Part shown: positions 1 to 10,486 of the stretch, piece by piece | Layout: every line of letters begins with the position of its first letter | Numbering within the stretch: position 1 is the first letter of the stretch | NCBI GenBank assembly: GCA_030390025.1 | Contig: CM059432.1 | Span: 81,346,001-81,410,000 of the forward strand | DNA length: 64,000 nucleotides | Source: Squalus acanthias | Taxonomy: Eukaryota | Reading direction: 5' to 3' | The notes under the pieces: generated by a model | Told to the model about the DNA's origin: nothing | Databases searched by the model: none | The model's input: only the letters and a program-made list of their open reading frames with translations | Position numbers and translations under genes: made by a program

Positions 1-740
1 GAGAGTCTAACCACCGCCCCATGACATTCAACAGCATTACCATCGCCGAATCCCCCACCATTAACATCCTGGGGGTCACCATTGACCAGAAACTTAACTG
101 GACCAGCCACATAAATACTGTGGCAACAAGAGCAGGTCAGAGGCTAGGTATTCTGCGGCGAGTGTCTCACCTCCTGACTCCCCAAAGCCTTTCCACCATC
201 TACAAGGCACAAGTCAGGAGTGTGATGGAATACTCTCCACTTGCCTGGATAAGTGCAGTTCCAACAACACTCAAGATGCTCGACACCATCCAGGACAAAG
301 CAGCCTGCTTGTTTGGCATCCCACCCACCACCTTAAACATTCACTCCCTCCACCACCGGCGTATCTTGGCTGCAGTGCGTACCATCTACAAGATGCACTG
401 CAGCAACTCACCAAGGCTTCTTCGACAGCACCTCCCAAACCCGCAACCTCTTCTACCTAGAAGGATAAGGGCAGCTGGTGCATGGGAACACCACCACCTC
501 CAAGTTCCCCTCCAAGTCACACACCATCCTGACTTGGAAATATATTGCCGTTCCTTCATCATCGCTGGGTCACAATCCTGGAACTCCCTATCCAACAACA
601 CTGTGGGAGTACCTTCACCACACGGACTGCAGCGGTTCAAGAAGGCGGCTCACCACCACCTTCTCAAGGACAACTAGGGATGGGCAATAAATGCTGGCCT
701 TGCCAGCGACACCCACATCCCATGAACGAATAAAAAAAAA
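1..740 (+). mobile_element. 3' end of non-LTR retrotransposon (CR1 group, Zenon-like family), runs off window start
   Basis: ORF 21-677 is an RT C-terminal region (LGVTIDQKLNW..HI, YKAQVRSVMEYSPLAW). It ends in ...CCCACATCCCATGAACGAAT plus poly(A) at ~732-740. Same family at 24343-27583, 51973-53535 and 54826-56258. Confidence 0.9.
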
Positions 741-1311
741 TAATGCCTGCAGATAACATGTACGGCCGGAATTTTCCCATTGCCGTGTGTGCGGGTTTAA
801 AGGTGGGTCGGCTGTAAAAATAGCAAAAACAGGCGGTGTGTTGGGAACCCGCCGTCATCCCACCTCCTCATGCCTTTAACTCGGGCACGTTTGCCAGCGC
901 GCCACGGACCCGATCGGGAGAAGCGGGCGACATAATTAAAGTCATTAAATCCTTGTTAACAGACCCTTAACAGGCTTTTTAACTGATGCTTCTGAATTTA
1001 ACAGTATGAGCATGAGAAGCACGCAGCTCTGGAATCTCACCTGTGAAGGGGAGGCAGAAGTTCAGTGGTCATTGTTCGAGGGCAATAATTGACAGCTGGG
1101 AATACCAGATAAATACACACACTTTACACCTCAGTAGTTGCCTAAGGGAAAGGCTGTTGATGACTCCATTTTGTGCACAGATTTAGTTTCTGGAGTTTGC
1201 AGGTTATTTCTGCAACCTCGGAAACCACTATCACCACATTGCTACTCAGTATTAGAACATTGAGGGATTGTCCCTCTGATCGCTACTTCACCTGCCATCC
1301 ACTACATCAGC

Positions 1312-2518
1312 ATGAGTGCCACTTATGCTCTCTCACCTTGGTCCTCAGAATCAGACCAAGATGAGCACCACCACTAACAACATCAGCCACACTAGCAGCA
1401 ACAGTAGCAACCACAACAGCAGCCTTCTCCTCAATGACCTGATGCTCCACAGGAGAGAGGGGGGCACCACAGGGCTGCAGCGCGCCGGAGGCAATAACCC
1501 CCAACACAGGGTATACAGGCAGAGGATGAGCTTCCTCAACATGACTGAGCAGCAATGCTTCAGGAGGCTCAGGCTATCGCGAGAGGTAGTCGCAGACATT
1601 TGTAGCTTGCTGGAACAAGACCTGCTGCCCAGAGGTCCTGGTGGACGCTTCTTGCCAGTGGCTGTCAAAGTCACCACCACCCTCAACTTCTTCGCCTCAG
1701 GCTTCTTCCAGGGATCTGCAGCAGACATTTGCGGGATCTCGCAGTCGGCCACCCACAAATGCATCACCCAGGTGACTGATGCCATGTTTCACAAGTCAGC
1801 CAATTATGTAAACTTTGCCACTGATGAAGCCAGTGTTACTGAGCAGACGCTCAGCTTTGCGGCTCTGGCTGAATTCCCACAGGTGCAGGGCGTCATCGAC
1901 TGCACACACGTGGCCATGAAGGCACCCTATCATCACAGAGTGTTTGTGAACCGCAAAGGCTTCCACTCCCTCAATGTGCAGCTCGTCTGCAGCCATAAAA
2001 AGATGATTATGCAAGTGTGCACCAGATTCCCTGGCAGCTGTCATGACTCTTTTGTGCTGCACCAGTCCACCCTCCCTCAACTCTTCGCACCTTCAAACAG
2101 ACTTACCGGCTGGCTGCTTAGAGACAAGGGCTATCCACTGAAGACGTGGCTCATGACACCCCTGAGGAGGCCAAGTACTGAGGCCGAGGAGCATTATAAT
2201 GAGAGCCACCTGTCCACTAGATGTGTCATATAGCAAGTAATAGGCATGCTGAAGATGCGCTTCAGATGCCTTGACAGATCTGGAGGATCCCTTCAGTATG
2301 CACCAGCCAGGGCCTCCAGAATCATCGTCGTCTGCTGCGCATTACACAACACAGTGCAGCAGCGAGGATTGGAGCTGCAGGAGGAGCATGGCGCACAGCA
2401 CATAGCTTCTTCTTCTTATTCTTCGGAGGAGGAGCAAGTGGAAGACGAGGAGGAGGAGGAGGGGGAAGCTGAGATGCAGATGCCACCACCTCCCGGGATG
2501 GCCTCATCATTTACTTAG
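1312..2518 (+). pseudogene. Harbinger (HARBI1-like) DDE transposase pseudogene
   Basis: Motifs [20 protein letters not shown] (HTH), [65 protein letters not shown] and an acidic tail. In-frame TAG at 2231-2233. N-terminus frameshifted. Confidence 0.92.
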
Positions 2519-4061
2519 CTTGCTCGAATGCAGCCACATGCCTGCCACATGCTGCTCCATGCAGGCTGCCATCCTTTCCTTGAAAGAGCACATCATCGCC
2601 ATCGCCTGTGACATGGTGGTGCTCATGTTGGAGATAGACTCCTTCATTCTCTGAACATTTGCAGACATTGCAGCTGCAAAAGATGCCAGAGCCTCATGCA
2701 ATTGGTGCTGCCCCTCCAAGATCACCCTCTTTCTCGGTGGTCCCCGAGGCTCAGCGTCTGCATGCAGCTCAGCAGAGCTTGGAGCGTCCTGCGCCCTCCG
2801 GCGAGGAGTCGCCACTGCTGACCCTGCTAACACCATCTGCTCTTGCTCACTTGTGAATTGTGAGACACCAGGTGACAACTCTACACTATGGTGCACAGGA
2901 CCCACCGAGCTGTGCATATCTGTGCTGGTGCTGGGTGCGCTTGGGTCTACATAAGAACATAAGAACATAAGAAATAGGAGCAGGAGTAGGCCAATCGGCC
3001 CCTCGAGCCTGCTCCGCCATTCAATAAGATCATGGCTGATCTGATCCTAACCGCCAATCTACTATCTGGTGACGCTGCACCCTCAGAGGCTGGAGGTTCC
3101 TCTGAGGAGTCGTCTTCCTCCTCCAGCTGGACAGTTGAGGGGGCAATTGTTGGGCCTGTGGGAGAGTAAAGAGAGGAATTAGAAGTGTTATATTAACAAT
3201 GGTAACGTTACCATTATGCACATGATGACATTTCACTGGCTGTTGACATGAGTCAGCATATGGGTGACTGTTGTATGCCATGTGGCTTTATGAGATGTGA
3301 TTCTGTCACCAGGTTGCTGGGATGTGCCCCTCTCTCTGTCTCCCACTGCCAGCGAGTCTCGAGCTCCTGAAATTTCCAGAGCCGCCTCCTCTGCTGCTGT
3401 GAGGTGTGCAATGACTGGAGGGCCACCTCTCCCTCTCCCTGTTCTCTCCCTCTCCCTGTTGTTCTGGGCTCTCTTCTCCTGCAAAGAGGGAAAGAAGAGA
3501 AGTTTGAGTGAGTGTGATGGAATGAGTGTAAGGAATAGATGGGTTACATCTGTAGAGGGTGACTATGAGGGAGTGGGGTGCCAATGCCATATGGCCTCCT
3601 TCTGTGGTGTTACTTGCTATGATTGCATTAGGATGAGGGTGAGTGTGAGGGATGGTTAGTCAGATGGGGATGTAAGTATGCACATACAGAGAGAGGGATA
3701 GGTGGACGTACAATGTATGTTGGTGTAAGGAATGATGTACAGGAGTAGGCTTGGGAAGGTAGAGTAATGGAGATGTGTTGACAGGCACTTCAGGATGAGG
3801 GTGAGTGTGACATTGTACTCACCTTCCTGACCTCATGAGATCATTGAAGTGCTTCCTGCACTAGATCCAGGTCCTCATGACCACATCGCTGCCGCTGACT
3901 TCCTCAGCAATATCCAGCCAGGCTTTCTTTGTTGCTTGTGGAGATCTCCTTTGCCTGTCAGCGGGGAAGAGGACCTCCCTGCGTGCTCTGATAGCCTCCA
4001 CAAGAGTATGCAAGGAAGAATCTGAGAACTGGAGTGCAGCCCTCTGCCTTTGGCTATCCAT
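2510..4061 (-). pseudogene. Harbinger Myb/SANT-like (trihelix) DNA-binding protein pseudogene, 3 exons (~4061-3823, 3478-3310, 3155-~2510)
   Basis: MDSQRQRAALQFSDSSLHTLVEAI..KKAWLDIAEEV..RTWI*CRKHFNDL, then GTGAGT donor. Exon 2 (EKRAQNNRERERTGRGRGGPP..LTAAEEAAL) is flanked by TTTGCAG and GT. Exon 3 is interrupted by a CR1 tail. Confidence 0.85.
2951..3057 (-). mobile_element. Short CR1 3'-tail fragment inserted into Myb exon 3
   Basis: rc of the CR1 3' UTR with (TTCTTATG)n tail. TCTAC duplicated at 2946-2950 and 3058-3062. Confidence 0.85.
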
Positions 4062-4865
4062 GTTTCAAAAGTTTTATCTGTCCTGTGGCCTTTCTTTCAC
4101 ACCTTCCACCCTCCCCTGGAAACCTTCAAGTGAGTTTAGTGCAAGGCTACTTTAAATATTGGTGCTGGACATGTGTCATCGATGACGTTATCAGACCCAC
4201 ACCATTTAATAGGGCCGGGAAACGCGCATGACTCTTTCAGTTGGGGCCATTAAGTGAAAGTCGCTCCGCGTTGGTGAAAATATCGCGTTTCGGACCCGCT
4301 ACGCTGCCCGCCCACCCGCCCGCACCCAACCCGATGCAAAGGTGAAAATTCTGGCTGTCCAAAGAGTTGACAAGTACATAATTACAACCCAATGCAAGCC
4401 ATAATTTCTAAGACTATGTTGCCTGCATAGTTTCTGTCAGAAATGTTACCCATGAATGGGAGTATAGTGCCACAATTTATTCTTATTGTTGCCTTCATGA
4501 CATCCCAACTGATTGCAGCAAAATCTTCTATTATGCAGTTCTGATGTATGTAAATCACTATTACATGCAAATTTTCCCCAAGTTTAGATTACCGTACAGT
4601 AATGATTAGCTAGCCCACTTGTATATGAGTTTGTTTTCATACAACATTTTTGCCTGATTTGTCAATTTATTGTGAAAATAATTTGGAAAGTTTAATATTT
4701 TTTCACTGTTCAAAACCTATTTTTATTCACTCTGCACGATCTGTTCTGGTAAGTCAACTGGTTTAAGGTACAATGTCACTTTCAAATTCTATCTCCTATG
4801 ATTTACTAAAAGATGGTGAAACTCAGCATTAAATTAATAATACATTATTATATTGTTTTGCCTAG

Positions 4866-4957
4866 ATTCCAGGGAGATAGTTTAATGGAAGAATCTGATG
4901 ATGGAACACAGATGTCGCACTCCCCTGAACAAGCTGTCCCTGAGCCCCAAGCAGTGT
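4866..4957 (+). CDS. Putative internal coding exon of unidentified host gene (FQGDSLMEESDDGTQMSHSPEQAVPEPQAV)
   Basis: Non-repeat DNA. Acceptor TTGTTTTGCCTAG, donor GTGAGT at 4958, open frame. Ends in phase 1, matching exon 41640. Confidence 0.65.
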
Positions 4958-5033
4958 GTGAGTAAGAACGTCTCTATGTAAAAGAAAAGATTTGGAATAA
5001 ACTATAAAGTGTGGTACAGGTCAGAGAACCAAG

Positions 5034-5531
5034 TGCGCGATTTTAACTCTACCTGCCTGACAGAAACCATCAGAACCCGATTGCAATTTTAACTCGGCGA
5101 GCTGAGTGGGAAGTCACGGCGAGCTTCCCGCCAGGTAGTTGGGAAGGGGCCAGAAGAGACCCAGAGAGGTAATTAAAAAAAAAATTGTAGGACCAGGAGG
5201 AGTAGGTGCCCCACAAAGGAGATCTTAGGCCTCCCCCGCCGCGGACTCATCCCACCCCCCGCCACCCTTCCCATTCACAAGACTCCCATGGGACAGCCCT
5301 GGCAGCCGATCATTCCACCTATCTGGTCTCGGTGGGTGGCCTCTGGGCTGTGCGATTTTCTGACGCTTGCCGCCAACTTCCCGGCCCGAACAGGTGGGAA
5401 GTCGGCCGGTGGTATTTAAATCAGCCCTGAGTGTTAAAATACGCCAAGCCTAATTTTTTGAGCAGCGGGTGAGTTACTAGCTCACACGGCTACTCACCCA
5501 GCAGAAATTGTTCTGGAGTTAAAATCGGGCC
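5034..5531. mobile_element. Non-autonomous Harbinger-type MITE
   Basis: TIRs TGCGCGATTTTAACTCT and rc GGCCCGATTTTAACTCC, similar to other GGGC..ATTTT TIRs in the window. Confidence 0.65.
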
Positions 5532-5706
5532 TTGACGATTATTTTATCTGAGTAAATAGAATGATGGATCCCACAAATCCAAGGGTGGGGACAGTGGGCA
5601 TGAATGTATGCTAGAAATCTGTATCCCTAAAATCAACTCAACACCAGCGCATGAATTACTTCCTCACTGTCTGTTCATCTAGTATAGAGATGTCAACTTT
5701 TAAATA

Positions 5707-6062
5707 CAGGTTGAGCGTCCTGAATCCGGCAACCTTGGGACCGAGGCCGAGCCGGTTTTCATGTTTTTCCGGACTTCAGAACGTGTTTCTGATGTCCGAA
5801 GTCCGGAAATATCGCAACCAGGGCCCGGGCGTTTCCGGACTTCGGACATCAGAAACACGTTCCAAGTCCGGAAATGCCTGGGCCCAGGTTGCGATATTTC
5901 CGGTTTTTGGATGTCATCCAGCTGGCGGCGGAAACGGTTTGACAGGGTGTCCGGATTCCGGAACATTTTATGGATTCCGGACGACCTGCCACCAATCGTC
6001 CCAGAGTCCGGATTCCGGAACATTCCGGATTCCGGAACTCCGGATTTTGGATGCACAACCTG
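5707..6062. mobile_element. Tc1/mariner-pogo (Tigger-like) MITE
   Basis: TIRs CAGGTTGAGCGTCC and rc CAGGTTGTGCATCC, TA on both sides (5705-5706, 6063-6064). Interior built of TCCGGA-containing inverted repeats. Confidence 0.85.
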
Positions 6063-6299
6063 TATTCAAATCAGTGAGATAGCCCTTCCAAAAGTTACGG
6101 GGAGTTTGGGGATTTGCCCAAGCGCCCCAGTGGTGTCCAGGACAAAAGCCCCCCACCCACCCCCCCCCGGCCACTCTTCGATTTTAAGCAATTTTGGAGG
6201 CAAAAAAATGGCTTTCCTTTCAAAATAATGCTGTTTATTTGAACGTGCAGCCCTGACAATAAAAATAAAGATCGGATGCAATTAAGGTGGTGTTCCACA

Positions 6300-6703
6300 A
6301 GGAGGCAGAGTATATAAATCGAGCGGGAGGCCCAGAGAGTGTGTAGACTGGAGCAGTGGCGGCAGTGAGGAGGCGTGTATAAATCGAGCGGGAGGCTCAG
6401 AGAGAGCGCAGACTGGAGCAGTGGTGTCAGCGAGGAGGCAGAGTATATAAATCGAGCGGGAGGCCCAGAGAGAGTGTAGACTGGAGCAGTGGCGGCAGCG
6501 AGGAGGCAGAGTATAAATCGAGCGGGAGGCCCAGAGAGAGTGTAGACTGGAGCAGTGGCGGCAGCGAGGAGGCATGTATAAATCGAGCGGGAAGCCCAGA
6601 GAGAGTGTAGACTGGAGCAGTGGTGTCAGTGAGGAGGCAGAGTATAAATCGAGCGGGAGGCTCAGAGAGAGTGTAGACTGCGCAGTGGTGTCAGCGAGGA
6701 GGC
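6300..6703 (+). repeat. Six tandem 64-68-bp monomers in CR1 5' UTR
   Basis: Unit AGGAGGCAGAGTATAAATCGAGCGGGAGGCCCAGAGAGAGTGTAGACTGGAGCAGTGGYGKCAGCG starts at ~6300, 6368, 6433, 6501, 6567 and 6632. Confidence 0.92.
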
Positions 6704-6838
6704 GGAGAACCTCCAGCAAACACAACAACAACAAAAGCAACAACTGCAAAACAGCTAAAGTGACGTCACACCCAGGGAAGGAGCTGATTGGTGAGTAGCT
6801 GGTAAGTGTTTCTAGTTAATAGTCTATTAAGTAAAGGC

Positions 6839-7790
6839 ATGGCAGGGCAGCTCAGTCCCGTGGAATGCACATCCTGTGCCATGTGGGGACTCCAGGATGC
6901 TTCCCATGACCTGGACAACCACGTGTGCAGGAGGTGTTATCAGCTGGAGGAGCTCAAGCTCTGGGTTTTGAAGCTTGAGCAGCAGCTGGTGTCACTGTGG
7001 TGTATCCATGAGGCTGAGCGCTTCGTGGATAGCACGTTTCAGGAGGTGGTCACCCCGCAGATAAAGAGTGTGCAGGCAGAGAGGGAATGGGTGATCACCA
7101 GAAAGAAGAGGAGGACCAGGCAGGTACTGCAGGAGTCCCCTGAGTGCATCTCACTCCCCAACCAGTATTCGGTTCTGAGTACTGGTGAGGGCGATGGTTC
7201 CTCTGGGGAGTATAGCCAGAGCCAAGTCTGCAGCACCACGGATGTCTCAACTGTACAGGGGGGAGAGGAAGAACAGTGGGAAAGCAATAGATGTAGGGGA
7301 TTCGATAGTTAGGGGAGCAGACAGGCGTTTCTGCGGCCGCAGACCTGACTCCAGGATGGTATGTTGCCTCCCTGGTGCCAGGGTCAAGGAGGTCACTGAG
7401 CAGCTGCAGGACATTCTGAGGCGGGAGGGTGAACAGCCAGAGGTCGTGGTCCATATCGGTACCAATGACATAGGTAGAAAAAGGGATGAGGTCCTGCAGG
7501 CAGATTTCAGGGAGCTAGGAAAGAGATTAAAAAGCAGGACCTCAAAGGTAGTAATCTGCCAATTACTCCCAGTGCCACGCGCTAGTGAGTATAGAAATAG
7601 GAGGATAGCACAGATGAATGCGTGGCTGGAAAGATGGTACAGGAGGGAGAGCTTTACATTTCTGGGGCATTGGGACCGGTTCTGGGGGAGGTGGGACCTG
7701 TACAGGCCAGACAGGCTGCACCTCAACTGAGCCGGGACCAATATCCTCGCGGGGAGGTTTGCTAGTGCTGTTGGGGAGGGTTTAAACTAA
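6839..7790 (+). pseudogene. CR1 ORF1 (Cys-rich N-terminus, coiled coil, SGNH/GDSL esterase domain), frameshifted
   Basis: MAGQLSPVECTSCAMW..HVCRRC..LEELKL, then GDSIVRG, CCLPGARV, VVVHIGTND and DRLHLN in a second frame. Confidence 0.88.
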
Positions 7791-8619
7791 TTTGGCAGGG
7801 GGATGGGCACCAGGATGTAACATTAGAAAGGGGAAATAAAGTGCTCAAAGGATTGGGCGAGGCAGAGAGCACTAAAGTAAGAAATAGTAAGGTATTGGGG
7901 GGGTCAAACTAAGAGAGAATACAGGATGGTCTAAGATGGGTTTACTGTGTATGTATGTGAACGCTCGAAGCGTAGTAAACAAGATAAGTGAGCTGCAGGC
8001 ACAAATAGTCAGATGGGAATATGATGTGGCAATAACTGAGACCTGGCTCAAAAAAGGGCAGGATTGGGTATTAAATATTCATGGTTATAGAGTGTTCAGG
8101 AAAGAAAAGAAAGGAAAGATAAGAGGTGGTGTGGCATTATTGGTCAAGGAGAATGTTACAGTGCTGGAGAGGGAGGATGTCCTGGAGGGGTCAAGGACAG
8201 CATCTATATGGCTAGAGTTAAGAAATAATAAAGGTACCATTACACTACTAGGTGTATTCTATAGACCACCAAATAGTGGGAAAGATATGGAGGAGCAAAT
8301 TTGCAGAGAAATTACAGAGAGGTGCAAGAACTATAGAGTAGTAATAATGGGGGACTTCAACTATCCTAATATAGACTGGGATCGTAATAGTGTTAAGGGC
8401 AGAGAAGGGGAAGAATTTCTGAAGTGTGTTCAGGAGAACTTTCTTGATCAGTATGTTTCCGGCCCGATGAGGGAGGAGGCATTGTTGGATCTGATTCTAG
8501 GGAATGAGGTAGGTCAAGTGGAGCAAGTGTCAGTAGGGGAACATTTAGGGAACAGTGATCATAGTATCATAAGGTTTAGAGTAACTATGGAAAAGGACAG
8601 GGAGCAATCTAGAGTAAAA

Positions 8620-9463
8620 GGGCAGAATTTTAATTGACCCGTGGAGGCGGGTTTGGAGGCGTGTGGGGTGGGAAAATAGCAGATTCGGGGGTCCCGAACC
8701 CATCCCGCCCCCAACCCGCCTCCATGCCAGTTTCGCTGGAGGCGGGTACCCGACCTGTGCTGGGAGCTGCCTCCCCGAGGCGGGAAGGGGATTAGTGACA
8801 ATTAACTGCCTGTTAACAGGTAGTTAACAGGTAGTTTGTTGCCTAATCCCTATTTTTAGCCCTGAAGTGTGGGCTACCCGACGGCTCCAAACCACGCCAT
8901 TTTAGCGAGGTGGACCGTGGGTCTGCAGGGGTTGGAGGGGTCGATATGTCCGGTGGGCAGGTGAGTGATGGGTGCATGAGTGCAGAGGTAAGTGTGTAAG
9001 GTAAGTGTAAAGTGTGGAAAAAAGTTTTACTTACCTTAACTTCCTCCTGCAGGTGTCAGCCCTTCAGGTCTCAGAAGTCAGAAATCTCACCGGCACAGAA
9101 AGCAGAATGGCCGTGGAGCTGTCAAAAGCTGCAGTCTCTGCTTTCTGTGCTGGATTGATTTCTAACTGAGTCTAAGTACAGGGACTCACGTTAGTAATCA
9201 TATTGTCAGTGTTTGACAGCTTCACAGAGCTGTCAAACGCTGAAATTTCATCTGTCAAAAGCTCTTGACAGATGAAATTTCAATGGCTGACGTCACCTGT
9301 ATCCAAGGGACCCTTGATTGGCCTGCTAAGCCCGCTGGGCAGGCTTAACAAGGTCAATCAAGGGAAAATCGAGTGGGTTGGCCACAAGTCGATGGAGGCG
9401 GGACTACAACCCAAAAAGTGGGAGTCCCGTCTCCATCACGTCCCCATTGACAAAATCCAGCCC
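8620..9463. mobile_element. Harbinger-type MITE inserted in CR1 ORF2
   Basis: TIRs GGGCAGAATTTT and rc GGGCTGGATTTT. 3-bp TSD AAA (8617-8619, 9464-9466). Removal restores ORF2 RVK|MFNWG. Confidence 0.9.
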
Positions 9464-9674
9464 AAAATGTTTAACTGGGGAAGGCCAATTTCAGTGGGAT
9501 GAGAACGGATCTGGCCTGGGTAAACTGGAATCAAAGATTGGCAGGCAAAACTGTAATGGAATAATGGCCTGCCTTTAAAGAGGAAATAGTTTAGGTACAG
9601 TTGAGGTACATTCCCACTAGGGGGAAAGGCAGGGCAACTAAAGTCAGGGCTCTCTGGATGACGAAAGAAATAGA

Positions 9675-10486
9675 GGGCTGGATTTTGCCAATGGGGAGCT
9701 TTTGGAGGCGGGACTCACACTTGTCGGGTTTTAGTCCCGCCTCCATCGACTTCTGGCCAACCCACGCTATTTTCCCCTGATTGACCTTGTTAAGAAAGCC
9801 GGTGACAGAGAACGTTAGCGTATGACGTTTCATCTGTCAACAATTTTTGACAGATGAATTGTCATCGTTTGACAGCTCTGTGAAGCTGTCAAACACTGAC
9901 ATTCTCTATTGTTTGATGAGTCCTTGTATTCAAGACTCATCCAACCTATCTGCTGAGCAGAAATCAGATGGCTGTTGCATCGGAGAATGCAGCAGCCATC
10001 TGTCATCTCTGCCGGTGAGATGCGAGAGTCTCCGGTTCCCTAACTGTTGAAGCTGGCAGGAAGAAACAAAGGTAAGTAAACATTTTCTATCACTTTTCAC
10101 TCACCTCACACACTTACCTCTCCACACTTACACCCATCACTCACCTTCACAGCACACCTTTCGACCCCTCCGACCCCCGCAGACCCACTGCTCCCCTCGG
10201 TGACCCTGGCGGGGTTTCCCGACGTCAGGAAGCCCACAATTGCAGGGGTAAAATGGGGATAATCCTCTTAACTGCCTGTTTACTACCTGTTAACAGGCAG
10301 TTAAGTGGCTGTAATCCCCTTCCCGCCTCTGGGAGGCGGCTCCCAGCACGGGTCGGGTACCCGCCGTCTGGGAAGATGGCACGGAGGCGGGTTGGGGGCG
10401 GGATGGGCACCCGCCCCCAGATTCTGCCATTTTTCCGGCAGTCCCGCCTCCAAACCCGCCTCCCCAGGGCTGGAAAAATTCCCCCC
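9675..10486. mobile_element. Harbinger-type MITE, same family as 8620-9463, opposite orientation
   Basis: TIRs GGGCTGGATTTT and rc GGGGGGAATTTT. TSD AGA (9672-9674, 10487-10489). Removal restores WMTKEIE|NMMKQKK. Confidence 0.9.

Larger units (their letters stand above)
764..4356. mobile_element. Near-complete PIF/Harbinger DNA transposon (two convergent genes, decayed)
   Basis: Imperfect TIRs GGCCGGAATTTTCCCATTGC (764-783) and rc AGCCAGAATTTTCACCTTTGC (4336-4356). HARBI1-like transposase on +, Myb/SANT-like gene on -. No clear TSD. Confidence 0.9.

Noticed and set aside
1316..2233. Domesticated HARBI1 host gene
   Set aside because: It has TIRs, a partner Myb gene, nonsense codons and frameshifts, so it is a decayed transposon copy.
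5651..6228. Several overlapping ORFs on both strands
   Set aside because: Produced by the palindromic, stop-poor MITE sequence.
6300..6703. Regularly spaced repeats as a CRISPR-like array
   Set aside because: Units are contiguous and near-identical with no unique spacers. The context is a eukaryotic LINE 5' UTR.
6282..6749. 155-aa minus-strand ORF with a Leu-rich signal-peptide-like start
   Set aside because: Antisense reading of a (CAA)n tract plus the tandem monomers.
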